A stretch of DNA of 64,000 nt. Origin: Octopus sinensis (Eukaryota). This document shows, piece after piece, positions 11,541-24,492 of this stretch. Positions within the stretch are counted from its first letter, which is position 1, and each line of letters opens with the position of its first letter. The notes under the pieces are model-generated. The model was given only the letters and a program-made list of their open reading frames with translations. It ran no database searches and was not told the DNA's origin. Made by a program: the position numbers and the translations under genes. The stretch lies in the NCBI RefSeq assembly GCF_006345805.1, contig NC_042997.1:120590001-120654000 (forward strand), given 5' to 3'.

Positions 11541-13980
11541 TGTTTCTTTATTAGCCACACAGGGCTGCACACAGATAGAACAAATTACAAGGTAGAGCTT
11601 TTCTTTTGAAGTATTAAAAAAAAAAAAAAAAAAGGGGGGGGGAGAGGAAAAAAAAATGATCAATAGGGATCGTTATCACAGAAATGTCAATATGAAGTGT
11701 AAAGGGGAGGACAGGTGAGGTTTACCCGTGGAAAGAAAAGCCTGCGGAAAAGACCACGGTAACCTCGGTCAATGAAGTCACATTTTATATTTCTTTTTTT
11801 TTTTTTTTTTTTTTTTTGCAAATAAGCAACTCTCTGTTTTCGAGTTCTGGGTTCATAGGACTATGCTCAAGTGGCTTCGTCATTCATACGTGCCATTCTT
11901 GCTACATTCACCCATCTTTTTTTAAAACATTCGCTAGACAAAACTTGCCTCTCTACTCTCACTTTCCTTTTCAAGTGGTACTTGAAGAAGTTGATGAGAG
12001 ATTGACCAGAGAGGAAAGTGTTTGTCTCCAATCCTTTCAGACGCGTCCACCAGATACATTCTTTCGCCATAGCCACAAGATGATGAAAATAGCTCTTCCT
12101 TCCCGTTTGAAGGAAGGAGGCGTGACAATATTGACGATAGACTCAGCTGATAAACCGACTCGTCCCACACGTGACAGCAGTTGTTCGACATAAGCCCACA
12201 GGTCGGAAATTGTTGGACACTGAACGAGGCGTGCAGAACGGTTTCGTCGCTCTGACCGCATCTCGGGCAGGTCGGCCCCGTGTGTTTCTCGAGCCGTGTC
12301 TTAGAGCTTATCCCGAACGGGTAGCGCTTCTCGGTAGCACTGCCAGGCCAGGGATCTCTGGAAGTTGTCCATGGGCCCTGGCCCGAAAGTCGTCCCGAAC
12401 AGGCGGTCAGGTACTCCTCGTCGGTCCAGGTTCGCCCCGAGCTCGTCGTCGTACCTCCCCTCCACTAAACCCCTATAGAATGCTTTGGTTGTGTTGAAGT
12501 CACTTAAGGTCGACCCAGGACGGCAGAGTTGCTGAGAGCAACGCGACACTCGCGGTGCCATTCGCCCTTCCTCGGCCTCTTTTTGATCCACGACTGCAGT
12601 TCGGTCATGGAGACGAGCTGCGGGAAAGCGTGCCTCACAAACGGCGACCACACCTGTTCACCGTCGTCTACATAGAGCCAGAGATGTCGCAGTCTCAGCG
12701 CGTGTCTGCGCATCATCAACCACGGCATGCCCAGCCCTCCTTTTAACGGGTGTTGACAGCAAATGGATCGCCTGACCATCGGGACGCATCCTTTCCACAA
12801 GAAGCGAAAGAGGATGCGTTGTAGTTTGGTGATGGTAGGGTCGGGACAAGGTACGACGGTCAGGCGGTAGTAGATGACGGACGCGATGTACGTGTTCGCC
12901 ACCTCCGCTCGACCTTTTAGGGACAGTTTCCTCTCGGCCCATTGCCGGGCGAGAGTGACCACCCTACTCGTTATCTCGTTCCAGTTCTTCTCCACTTGGA
13001 GGTCCGGACCAAACCAGACCCCGAGCAACTCAACCGGGCCGTCGGTCCAGCGTCCCACGACGGAGGCGCTGGTGGACGGGATGGGCTTGCTTCTCCAGGT
13101 GCCTAGTCGCAAGCCCACTGACTTTTCCCGGTTGATTTTCGCTCCTGTCACCGCTTCGTAGTTTTTCAGTGTCTCGCCGACCAGCTCGATGTGCTCGTGG
13201 CTAGACACTATGACGGTGACGTCGTCCGCGTATGCAGACACGCTCGTCCCGCATCCCAATTCTCGCGGGATGCCCCTTAGAGTCGCCAGCTTCCGCAGTA
13301 GTGGCTCAAGAGTCAATACGTATAGAAGCGCCGAGAGGGGGCATCCCTGACGGACCGAACGTGCAATGTCGAAAGGTCTCGATAGATGTCCATTTACGCG
13401 AATTACCGAACGGATGCCTCTGTACAAGGCAGCTATCCAGCCGCGGAAGACGGGACCGAAACCAGCCGCTCTCAGGACTGCCTCCAAGTATCGATGGTCT
13501 ACCCTATCAAAGGCTTTTGATTGATCCAAGTTGATCAGGGCCCCACCCATGCCAGGTTCGTTAACTACCCTGTCTATGATGTAGCGCATCAGATGGAGGT
13601 TGTCATGGATGGTCCGGCCTGGCACGGCGCATGTTTGCGCCTTGTCGACCAGTTTCTCGATGACAAGCGCCAACCTCTTGGCTAGCACCTTGGCCAAAAT
13701 TTTCAAGTCTGCATTAAGCAGAGTGATGGGCCTAAAGTTATCTATTACATTTCCTTGTTTAGATCTTTCTTCAGCAGTGTTACGGCTCCTCGGCTCACAA
13801 AACCAGGAATGCTCCCGTTTTGCTGCCAGTTGCAGTACACCGCCGCCAAGAGATCTCCAAACAAGTCTGGCATACAATTGTAAAGCTCGTAGGGTAGACC
13901 ATCCAAACCCGGTGATTTGTCCCTCGAGCATTCTGCCATCGCTTCCCGCACTTCCGCCGCCGTGATGGCACCTTCGCAGC

Positions 13981-13982
<2 letters not shown>
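11541..13982 (-). mobile_element. 5'-truncated Tx1/L1-clade LINE (RT domain, C-terminal region, 3' UTR), frameshifted
   Basis: KSPGLDGLPYE, FRPITLLNADLKILAKVLAKRL, LDQSKAFDRVDH, SVRQGCPLSALLY, AYADDV. Frameshifts lie near 13760 and 12510. It is a GC-rich island ending ctaataaagaaac, with (TATC)n on both sides. Confidence 0.95.

Positions 13983-14058
<76 letters not shown>
13983..14058. repeat. (GATA)n microsatellite flanking the Tx1 5' truncation point
   Basis: Direct reading. Confidence 0.95.
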
Positions 14059-15974
14059 TTATTGATGCTATTATAAAGCAGCAAGTACTGTCTATAGGTA
14101 TGGACATTCTAGAAAGCAGATGCTTTGTCTACGGCTCTAACGCAAAGCTATATATGTGGTGGTCTGCTGTCAATAAATAAATGTTCGTGCCTTACTGGGT
14201 TACTTTCCGCAGAATATTCTTATGACAGTCCCCAGATATGATACACTGCACTGTATCAATGGAGAAATTTAGTTCCCTAAAAGTTTTGCAGTATTTCATG
14301 AAATAAAACTAGCATTTTGCTCCGGTCCGAGCCTACTGATTCTTATATTTCATCATTTTTATATTCCATAGATTAATTTCATTACTTTTAACCTTCGATT
14401 TGACAATATATTGACTGAAACTGAGAGCTTGTCTTTCGATTAGAGTTTCGAGGAACTCCGTATATGTGTGCGTGTGTGTGAGAATGGGTGTGTCTGTCTG
14501 CGTGTGTGAATATGTGTGTGAGTGTTTGTGTGTTTGTGTGATTATGCTTTTAAAGGGGTTTGTATTTACAGTATTGGTAAGATAATGCATTGTAAGAGTT
14601 ATCGTGGTAAGTGTCCAGGATATCTGTCGACCTCACCTTCAGGTCGTCGATGACTTCCCTGTAGAGTGTAAGGTAAGTATCTAGAATGTTTTTCTCCTGG
14701 TGTGTTAGCATACATTTTGTTCTATGCATAGTGTATCCGAGAGTTTACACATATGACTTTGCATTTTATTCACATCTTAACATCACGAAAGATTAAAATC
14801 AACCTGGAGAGATACGGTTGTTTTTCTCTATGTCTATTATTACCACTTGTATCATACTAAGTCTTTCATCTACTTCATCATTGCGATTGCTGCTCTCTGA
14901 CTCATGATACAGTGTGCAAGTATCTACGTTGAGTTGCTTGATCGCTATCATTGGTATTTTGAAAGCTGATCTAGTGTATATCAGCATGAGTGATTTCTTC
15001 ATCGTCATGTATGATTATTGCACCATGACGTTTCTCTTGCCAGTCAGTACGAACTTTCATGTCCTTTGATATGTGAATCTCTGTATCCGTTATATTTTAG
15101 CATTATTTAAGTTTCTGTGAATGCCTGGTATAGATATAGCTTGATTATAATTACCTAGGTCCCAGAGGTACATAATTTTACAACTTCTTTGAATTTTTAA
15201 AAAACAAACATCAACAATTTATCAGTTGGATGCAATATTGTACGCTGCGGTTTGATTCGAGGCGAAAAATGTGGCCATCTTGCATATATGTGAACGGATT
15301 TATCAGTGAATACAGACACGGACAAATTACTTCTCTTTATGGCAACAAGACAAACTTTAGGTAGGCATCATAAGTGAGTCAGACCCTGATAGTAATTTTC
15401 CTGACGTCTTTGTTACAAATTTCGAAATTAGAGGTATTTCTTTAAATTTCATTTCGGTTTTTGATCCATGCATTCGAGTGTGGTAGTTTGCGTTTTCAGC
15501 ATGGTTTGCAAGATTTTTCTATAATAACAAATTCACTTCCCGTAATTCAAATGCCCCACCCTTACTGCTTTGTAGGTTGCACATTCCTTGCTCCAACGTC
15601 TAAGCTTTATTTTCGTTTTTCATGATAGTGTTTATCACATCTAAATAAACGTAAACGTACGTAAGAGTAGGCAGATTTGGCTTTTACTCCTATTTGCGCC
15701 ATTTTATCCATAATTCGTGTGAACCTTTGATTAGGATGATCGTAGGTTGTCTGGAAATAGTGCCTACAATTACGTGAGAAGATCTTCTAACAGCCAGTTT
15801 TGCCTCACATTATCTTTTGCCTAATACTTACTCGAGTCTCGTATTGAATTAGGTTGAATATACCGGCTTCCTTCTGTTGTCTTGTTACTGTGTATATAAA
15901 CGTTCTTATTTCTATGCCTTAGTTTGAAGAATCTTAAACGGAGATATGGAGAAGAAACCGAAATAATTGTTCTG

Positions 15975-16265
15975 ATTATTTTGGGGAGAATAGAAATATT
16001 TACATTATTTACATTTGACGGATATTTGTCCGCATCTTGCTTGTTAACACAGCGTTTCGGCTGATATACCTTCCAGAATTCATCAGGTGTCTCGGGAAAT
16101 TTCGAATCTGAGTTTTCATTCCTAAGGTATGTTGTTGTTGCTGTTGTTATTATTATTATTATTATTATTATCATTATTAATATTATTATTGTCATTCAGG
16201 TCACTGCCTGGAATCGAACTCGAAATCTTGGAGTTAGTAGCCAGCGCTCTTAACCACTATGCCAT
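15975..16265 (-). mobile_element. tRNA-headed SINE-like element: pol III head, (AAT)n linker, HHR-containing body
   Basis: A-box tggcatagtggttaag, B-box gagttcgattcc, (aat)n, then cttaggaatgaaaactcag...gacacCTGATGA...cagccGAAACG...ggacaaatatccgtcaaatgtaaataatg. Confidence 0.75.
16046..16091 (-). ncRNA. Minimal type I hammerhead motif (mutated copy)
   Basis: GACAC-CTGATGA-a-ttctg gaaggtatat cagcc-GAA-ACGC-T-GTGTT. The stem II 5' arm and U16.1 differ from the three-copy consensus. Confidence 0.6.
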
Positions 16266-16644
16266 AGAAATATAGTGTGAAAGTTAAATTCAATCTAATT
16301 TAATCAATCGTACATAAGAAATGATCGATAAAGTATACAGGAAACCATTACTATAAGCTATCTTCTTCAGAGCTGGTTTTGAAAAAGATAAGGTTCATAA
16401 GCCTGAAACATGAACACGACCAACACATAACCAAAATTGCTGTAAGCCTATAATGAATAAAAAATGCATATAATCCATAATTTCTATCTACTTCATATAT
16501 CATTCTGTAAAAACATATTATCTCAACTTGGTAACGGTATCATGGTTCAGAAATTTGATTGGTGATAGACTTTGATTTCTTACAATAGCGATCACAAGAC
16601 ATTTTATTATGTACATACACACACACAAACTCAAACATACACTC

Positions 16645-16689
<45 letters not shown>

Positions 16690-17901
16690 CATATGCACAC
16701 ACATACACACACACATATATATATATGTACATATGCACATATATATGTCTGTCCTTGTTTGTCCCCTCTCTTTCGCCTACAGGGGGCTAAACATAGGTGG
16801 GGGGGGGGGGGCAAACAAGATGGTCCAGCATGGCCGCAGTCATGTAACTGCAACAAGTAAAAGAACAATATATATATATATATATATGTATATATGTAAT
16901 GAATATATAAGCATATATATTTTTATATGCATACACTTACACGTATATGGATATATATTCATGTATGTATGTACATATGTATGAATATGTGTATGTATGT
17001 TTGTATGTGTTGTATGTATGATTGTGTCTATTTTTGTGTATGTATTATATTACATCATTTACACTCACACGTTTTTCTATACATACTCAAACTTCAAACA
17101 TATACAAAATATAGAGCGATTATATCTATATAGAACTCCAGGTATGCCAGGCTTAGTCATGCATTTGAGATATGAAAAATATTAATGTTTAGTCTTTATC
17201 TACTGTATTAATATTTTCTGCTTTTACCGCGATATAGATTTGCATTTGCCATTGAAAATATCATATCATCCAACATATCTTTTCGATAAATAACGAATTA
17301 TAATTGAACTCTTTAGAAATATCGATACGTAGCAGTATTTAATGTGTTGACCATGGTATATACTTATACATATCATATGAAATCGCCGATCGACGCATTA
17401 ATACGTTTAAGTCCATAGTAATATATTCATAAATCGTCTATGGAAAAGTTCAACATACCCTGTGTCTGATATCTAATATAATCGCTGTCCGGAAAGTGCA
17501 TACGATTTACGTTTTAATATGTGTTTCAATTGGAGATACTTACCTACGTATATACACATATATTTATGTGATTTTAGGAATAAGTGTGAGCGTTTTAAAT
17601 ATACAAATATATATACAAACCACACTCACACGTACAATATTTTAAATGATTTTGTACTACTTTAAGCTCCATGTTCAGTGAAATAAATTTGACTATTTTA
17701 TTTCAAACGATCGCGACATTCGTTTGCAGAAAGAGCGCTGAAATTAAGTGTTCTTTAACTGTACGTCCGTCACGACCGTTCGGTAGCCAACAATTTGTGA
17801 TCGAACAGATGAAACTGTAATTAAGAATTTTGTGTTCGTTATAATTATGTTTATAATACTGGAAGCAATTACATGTTTAAACATTACGTTGCAATTATTA
17901 A

Positions 17902-19237
17902 GCCATTAGTGCCCAAGCTTTCTTCTTTAATTTCTTACCACAATTTTTTTATACATCTTTATCTGATACTAAATATATAAAAGAAAAATTATTACAATAT
18001 TCTACGAAAATATACAGTTTTAGTTTGGTCCCTTTTTTAGAGGACAATGGGTATATGGCGTGCTTTTGTTCAGAAAACAGGATTTTTTATGTAGAATACT
18101 TGATTTGAAAACGGAAAATATATATAAAAAATCACCCTTTTATTTATTATTAATTCAAATGAAATGCATATTACTTGAAAGAAAAAAAAAAAATAAAAAT
18201 ATTATTTCCTGAACAATCTAAATATAGATTACTTCGAATGCCATTGTTGAAACATCCCCCCATATGACGATCAACATCGCATTTTACACATTATTTTGAA
18301 ACAAAAGTCACATTTTCTTTGTTTTCTTTGCTCTGTTCCATCAAGAATATGTCCAGTTGTAGAAAATCTAATTTCTCTCTCAATCTTTTTCCAAGAGAAA
18401 TCTGAGCTTTTCTTCCTTTTCCCTTTGTGTTGTGTTAGTTTTTCGTTATCATAACGATGAAGCTCAAGACTTCCTGACACTTCCTGCAAGATAAAGGTCG
18501 CATCTCTATTCTCATCATCTAAAATCTCATCATTAAATTCTTCTTCATCATTTCATTTACTGGTGGAGGGATTTCTACAATATCAATAAAGTTTTCATTA
18601 CTAGAAAGTTTCATTTTTTCTTACATAATTTACTGCATCATTAATTGAACAGAATAACTTGACTGAATGGTAGAAAGCCATGGGAAAGTCTCTGAAAATT
18701 AAACTAAAATAAGAATAACAAAGAAAGAAAATAATTTTTCTTTTCACAGCTGTCTATACATAGAAAATGTTTTCAGCATGAATAAGTTGTACTCCTGCAA
18801 ACCGTTTTCTCTTTTATGCAACACCCATAGAAAACGGGGAAAGAAATTGTGTTCTACTGACTATGGTCCTTACATTAGGACCAAATTTTTAGAGCATGCT
18901 ATATTTGAGCAAAATTAATTTCAAAAGTTTCCTTGACTTTATAGAATAGTTCGAACAATTATTTTTACTACATACAAATATGGGTTGGATATAAGTACTA
19001 CTTACGAAAAAATGTTTGATTGAATAATAGATGAAACTGAGTGTATTGTTTCCCTTCAAGACTTTTACACTGTACTGAAAACGGAGACATCAGTGTTGCC
19101 AGTACACATCAGACAGTAGGGGCAATATTTGAAAGATAAGTAACTAAAGATATCTCACAAATATACAGGTGTTGTGTTGTAGAAATATGATGAATTAATT
19201 TTCTGCTCCTAAAAAAGGGACCATGGACACTAATGGG
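17902..19237 (-). mobile_element. Internally deleted piggyBac-family transposon
   Basis: TIRs gccattagtgccc / cccattagtgtcc with TTAA at 17898-17901 and 19239-19242. The acidic N-terminus (IDIVEIPPPVNE..EEEFNDEILDD) is joined to a Cys-rich C-terminus (GHILDGTEQRKQRKCDFC...KCDVDRH..CF). No DDD core is present. Confidence 0.8.
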
Positions 19238-21599
19238 TTAATGTTGCAGTGTACGTTGAAAGCAACTTCAGTTACGCATTTTGGAAGCTAAAGTCGTGGT
19301 TCTTCCTTATAATTTTCAAGTTTCCTTTCAAGTTCCAATCCCCAGCAAGGAACTTTGGCATCATCACAGGATATCACGATAAAAGCATGCTGTATCGATC
19401 ACGATATTTCTTTGCAGAGAATCCTTTGTGTTGTCGTTTTGCAATGAAATATCTTTAAGAACACACAATAACATTGATTTGTACGCATTCATCTTTCCAG
19501 AGAACTGAATATTAATGCTTCATAATGCTTCAGCTAACAAGAAATGATAATTAAAGAAACGTCGATGCTATATGATGTGCAGTAAACTATCACAACTTTC
19601 TGGAGCCACCTATATAACATTTCACTTATTAAGTTGTCATTTAACTCTATAAACAAATATATTCTCTTTGCATAGGAAAAATGCTTCATAGCTTAATGTA
19701 GTATCGGTGGCTAAACAACCTTCTTACCTATCACATTCTCCTCAAAGATACATTGCGTTCCAAATGTCTTTGAAGATCAAGTTAATTCTAGCAAACGCAG
19801 ACAACAATGAGTTACTGAACGCCGGTTAAGATTTAATATAAGTAATAATTATCGCCCCCAGACGATACTGCTATTTTAAAATCAGGGGAGACCTCCTCCA
19901 GCATGTTATTGAGTGCTAAGCGCACTCAATATATATTGCAAGCGGAGAGAGAAATCCCTACTATTCTAGCTCAAATACCACCTGATGACATGACTGTAAT
20001 CTCATTTCGGCCATCATCAGTGGTGGATACTCGTCTGCTAGACATAACAGTAATACAGATTTTGTGAAGATTTAACACATTTATATCTAATCTAAAAGAA
20101 CTCAATATGTTCGTTGGAAGTTACGGAGGTTGACGAAACTCGAAGGAGAGCAGACATGTGCACCATTTACCTCTGTTCTCTCTTTTCACTTCACGAACAT
20201 ATTGCAAAAACATAATGTTGTTATACGTCTCAACATATAGCATTCACTAAATATCTATCGATATCTTTATGCCATAGCAACAAAACAAAGCACTATCAAC
20301 GCACCAACCACTTGATGCTCTACATACTTATCCATTTACGAAGTAAAGACAATTATCATGAAGGAAGAATAAAAGTATTTCTTTATATTGTTTGCCATAT
20401 ATCTCAGGATTCTTATGTAGCGGAATAATAGAGCTATGTTCCTTTCACTTCTTTTAACGCTTCCTTGTCTATCTTGAGAACCTGAAGGGGTAAGTATTAT
20501 TCATATGCCCACTGTATATGTCGAAGAAATAGCTCGATAAATTTATGATTTCGTGAATACCTTCCATAGATAATGTAATAGTGATGCTATTAAATTCCTA
20601 GTTAGACTTCAGATTGTCACTTTGATGTAAGATTATTTCATTCTATGTAATTAGTAATTATCAGGCCAATTATCTCATCAAAATAAAGATCACGTGTTGT
20701 TTTCATATTATTTCCAAAATCATAAAAACTCTGTGTTTCATGGGGAAATGTAAAATTATTAGCTATACCAGTCTATTCTTTCATAGTTGCTATTGTTGCT
20801 TTTATTACCTGGTTAGCCCTCATCAAACAGTTCCGTATTTGAAACTAATTTTACTCCTCCCGTATCTTTTTATATACAGACATACAGGTTCCATAATTAT
20901 CTTTTCATGTCTAAAACGGTAGGATGCAGTTGTTATTTCTAGGATGCTGCTGTTATTGTGCAGATCAACTGGAAATAACACGTCCCCTAATTGGCTTTCT
21001 ACTTCCATACAAAAGCGCAGTCGAAGTTTATAATTTCTATGTGATTTTTGTCGTTCTGTGTGTCATCAATATTATATGTTTTGCAGTTGTTGTGTATTAT
21101 TTTGGTGGAGAGTTAAATTTGAACATAACCTATAATCTCCCTGTAGGGATACTTTATGATACAATGCTTAACTATACATAGAACATACTGCTGACAGACG
21201 ACTGATTGTTTCCAGAAAAGGCATTGCTTATTTTCATTAGTTCTAAGAACTAATCATATACTACCCAACGTAATTGCTTCCTACTTTTAAATGACATGCA
21301 ACATTTAGCCATCGGTGACGAGTCATGAATAATGAAGTAAAATTGTTTTGCCACATAAGACGTCTTAATGCTGAAACTGAAACTTGCTCTACGGCAACAA
21401 TACTTGTTTCAAACAAAGACGCATTGATACAGTGCCTTCGATATTCAGTTTTACTGAGCGTACATTTCAGCATTGGTAAAGTGTACAACAGATATTTAAT
21501 TAAATTAAATTTTCATTAACAAACAGTTTATTATTCCTACATAAATATCGCTGACAATTCGCCGACAGACAATTCACACACTGCCTCAGACTCAACATC

Positions 21600-21915
21600 A
21601 TTCAATTCCCAGACCGAGCGTTGTGTGTGTTTATTGAGCGAAAACGCCTAAAGCTCCACAAGGCTCCGGCGATCGTTGGCGGTGACCCCAGATGTACTCT
21701 TTCGCTCCAAATTTCTCTCACTCTTTCTTCCTGTTTCTTGTTCCCGACTTCCTACGCAACCGCTGAGCCTGGATGCGCATTCATCCATCCGTCGATGCTC
21801 TCGGTGTTCGGGGTTTGACCTGCTTTCTCTTCTGCGGGTCTTATGAAGAGCAAAGGACCACGTTTCGGACTTCTCACACTGAAGACAGTCCTGAGACGCT
21901 CAACAAACAAACAAA
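21600..21915 (+). mobile_element. tRNA-derived SINE (family C)
   Basis: attcccagaccgagcgttgtgtgtgtttattgagcgaaaacgcctaaagctccac, shared with the copies at 24187 and 33270. Confidence 0.75.
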
Positions 21916-21944
21916 CAAGCAAACAGACTGAGCATCAAGTGCTT

Positions 21945-22030
21945 GGAGGAGGTTGTGCTGATCTGGATCAAGATGTGGCTGCTGGAACACCCTATATCTG
22001 GCAAAAGGATTCTGCACCATACCACACAAT
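21945..22030 (+). mobile_element. Tc1/mariner transposase fragment
   Basis: VAAGTPYIWQKDSAPYHT resembles the W-Q-Q-D-S/N-A-P-x-H motif. Confidence 0.55.
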
Positions 22031-22940
22031 TGTCCTCTCTGTAACTTGTCTGACGGCCAACGGTCTGTTGACGAATTGTCCCTCTACCCATAAATATATT
22101 CTGAGCCTTGTATGTGAATGTTCAGATGTCTTTCTATGGTCATTGATTCCAAAACTGATGAATCACGTAATATTTAATTTAGATTTTCAGAGCCACACCA
22201 TGAAAAACTGTATTATCTAGTTTTTGATAGTTTTGAAATTAATAATAAGTCGTTACACACCTCTTAATTACGTAACTTGCTTCTGATTTTTAATCCCTAT
22301 GATGATGCAATCAACTGTTGGAATACATTTCCAACCTGAAAGAAACTCTGATATACAGATATTTCTTTTGAAGTAGTAGAGTAATATAACGAATCGCAAA
22401 ACTAACGAGAAACAGTAGTTTTGTAGCTTGAAGTAAGTTGATCCAACTCTATGTACTCTGCTCATTATCAATGGCAATATCATAGTATTTATCATTAACG
22501 ACATTGTTGTGAACATCGCTTTAACAACTGTCTTTCAATGATTTCATTGCATTAGACTGGATAGCCGCAAGCATCATATCACCACTCTGCATTAACAACT
22601 AATATCTCACCACGGTCAGTGTATGTATTTCTTCACCTTTGCCAGTTACTTTCCTGAGACAAATAATGATATCTTTCATATAACACAAATCGCATATCAT
22701 AATTATATATTCGTGGAAAGGAAATCCAGTGATTTCGATACTCAACCACATTTTCAAGTCGCTTTCTTCATTAACATGACCATAACCAGGCCTATGTTCT
22801 CCTCAATGTTAGTGAGTCTAATATAACTTCAAATGATGATAATTGAAATCTTGCATAGAGTAAGGGTTTTCTCTCAGTATAACTTTATCACTTTCAGTCA
22901 TTTCCTTCTCTTTCTGGAAAAAAAAATCATTTGGGGTTAC

Positions 22941-23353
22941 CTCTGGAAAATGATGGACTTCTCTATGTTAAAATAGCCCAACAAAGGCAGTATACCATAA
23001 CGGCACCCTTCCCTCTCTGCCAAAGAGTTGAATATACACGACATGTTATGGCTTAATAAAGCTTAGTGTTGCAGGTGCCACCTGGAAAATGATGGACGTC
23101 TCCAGGTCAAAATAGCTCAACAAAAACAGTATGTCACAACGGCACCCTTCTCTCTCTGCCAAAGAGTTAAATACACACATGTTATGGCTTAATAAACCCT
23201 AGTGTTTCAGGTGCCACCTGGAAAATGATGGACTTCTCCAGGTCAAAATAGCTCAACAAAAACAGCATGTCACAACGGCATCCTTCCTTCTCTATCAAAG
23301 AGTTAAATACACACGACATGCTATCGCTTAATAAACCTTGTTGTTGCAGGTGC
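22941..23353. repeat. Minisatellite, 3 units of about 136-139 bp
   Basis: ctggaaaatgatggac recurs at 22943, 23082 and 23218. Confidence 0.9.
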
Positions 23354-24186
23354 ATAGTGTACGAAAATAAAATTTCGAAATGTATACATTAGTGATTATC
23401 GATCGAATAGTAAACGTGAATAGATCAGTAGCAAAATCTACAGGTAGTGATGTATAGGAAACTTGCAAGCTGAAATTAGCTGGGTAATTATGTATGTGAA
23501 ATTAGCTATTTAATTAAATACACAATATAAATTTCCAGTTAGAATTAAAACTAAATTAAATGCCGATGAGTAAGAGAGAACTGTATGACGAGAAATGATT
23601 ATGTAAATAGCATATAAGACTTCCCAGACACAGCGAGCCGATAATAGGAATTTGATTTAAGCATAGCAACTTTTATGTTTTCTCATCTGAGAGGGGAAGT
23701 TTGAACTCATGATGCCTTAATTTCCTGAATCCGAGATATTAGCAAATAAAAGAAGGGTTAAAACATAGGCTTTGCTTGAATACTTGTAGCATAGTGAATA
23801 CTGCAAATGGAAGCCGAGAGTCAAGAAATTAAATGCACTGACAACATCACAATTCAGCACCGTCGAAACTCTCATAATCTGCACTTAATCGCCTTCCGCT
23901 AATATTGCATATCGTATGGAATTATGAAATACAAAGTTTACGTCAGCGGGGTTAGTATCGGAAGGTAGATGACCAGGAGAAGACCTTAAAATCAATTTGC
24001 TCTAGACCTAACGATTTAGAGTATTCAGGGAACTAAAGGCGAATATATTATCAGCTACTATGTGGCTGTATTAAATATATGTATTAAATCTCAAATTGTA
24101 CAATTATATAATCCATGATGTGTAATACCATAATGCTCTTCCTCTCCTAATATCTCTAGATACAAACGGAATGATAGAGCTAACCT

Positions 24187-24492
24187 GTTTTTTGTTTGTT
24201 CCTTCTCGAGCCATGACTGGCTCATAAGGGCCGGTTGTCCGGTTTCCTTGGCGTATAGGTTCCCCACCTGGACGGGACGCCGGTCCGTCGCAGGTGAGCC
24301 GCATGATTCAGGAGGAAAAAGTGAGAGAAAGTTGTGGCGAAAAATGTCATCAGAAGTTCGCCATTACCTTCTGCTGGAGCCGCGTGGAGCTTAGGTGTTT
24401 CGCTCATAAACACACACGTTGCCCGGTCTGAGATTCGAACCCGCGATCCCTCAACCGTGAGTCCACTGCTCTAACCACTAGGCCATGTGCCT
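24187..24492 (-). mobile_element. Full-length tRNA-derived SINE (family C)
   Basis: A-box tggcctagtggttag, B-box gggttcgaatctc, 3' (caaa)n-like tail. Confidence 0.85.

Noticed and set aside
14799-15008. ORF end resembling a cadherin repeat boundary (IQVVIIDIEKNN)
   Set aside because: It has no DxNDN, DRE or PE motifs and is short and isolated, whereas protocadherin exons are long ORFs.
16200-16265. tRNA-like sequences here and at 7800-7850, 24440-24492, 33520-33570 and 36745-36830
   Set aside because: They have A/B boxes but no closed acceptor stem, and run into repeat bodies: SINE heads, not tRNA genes.
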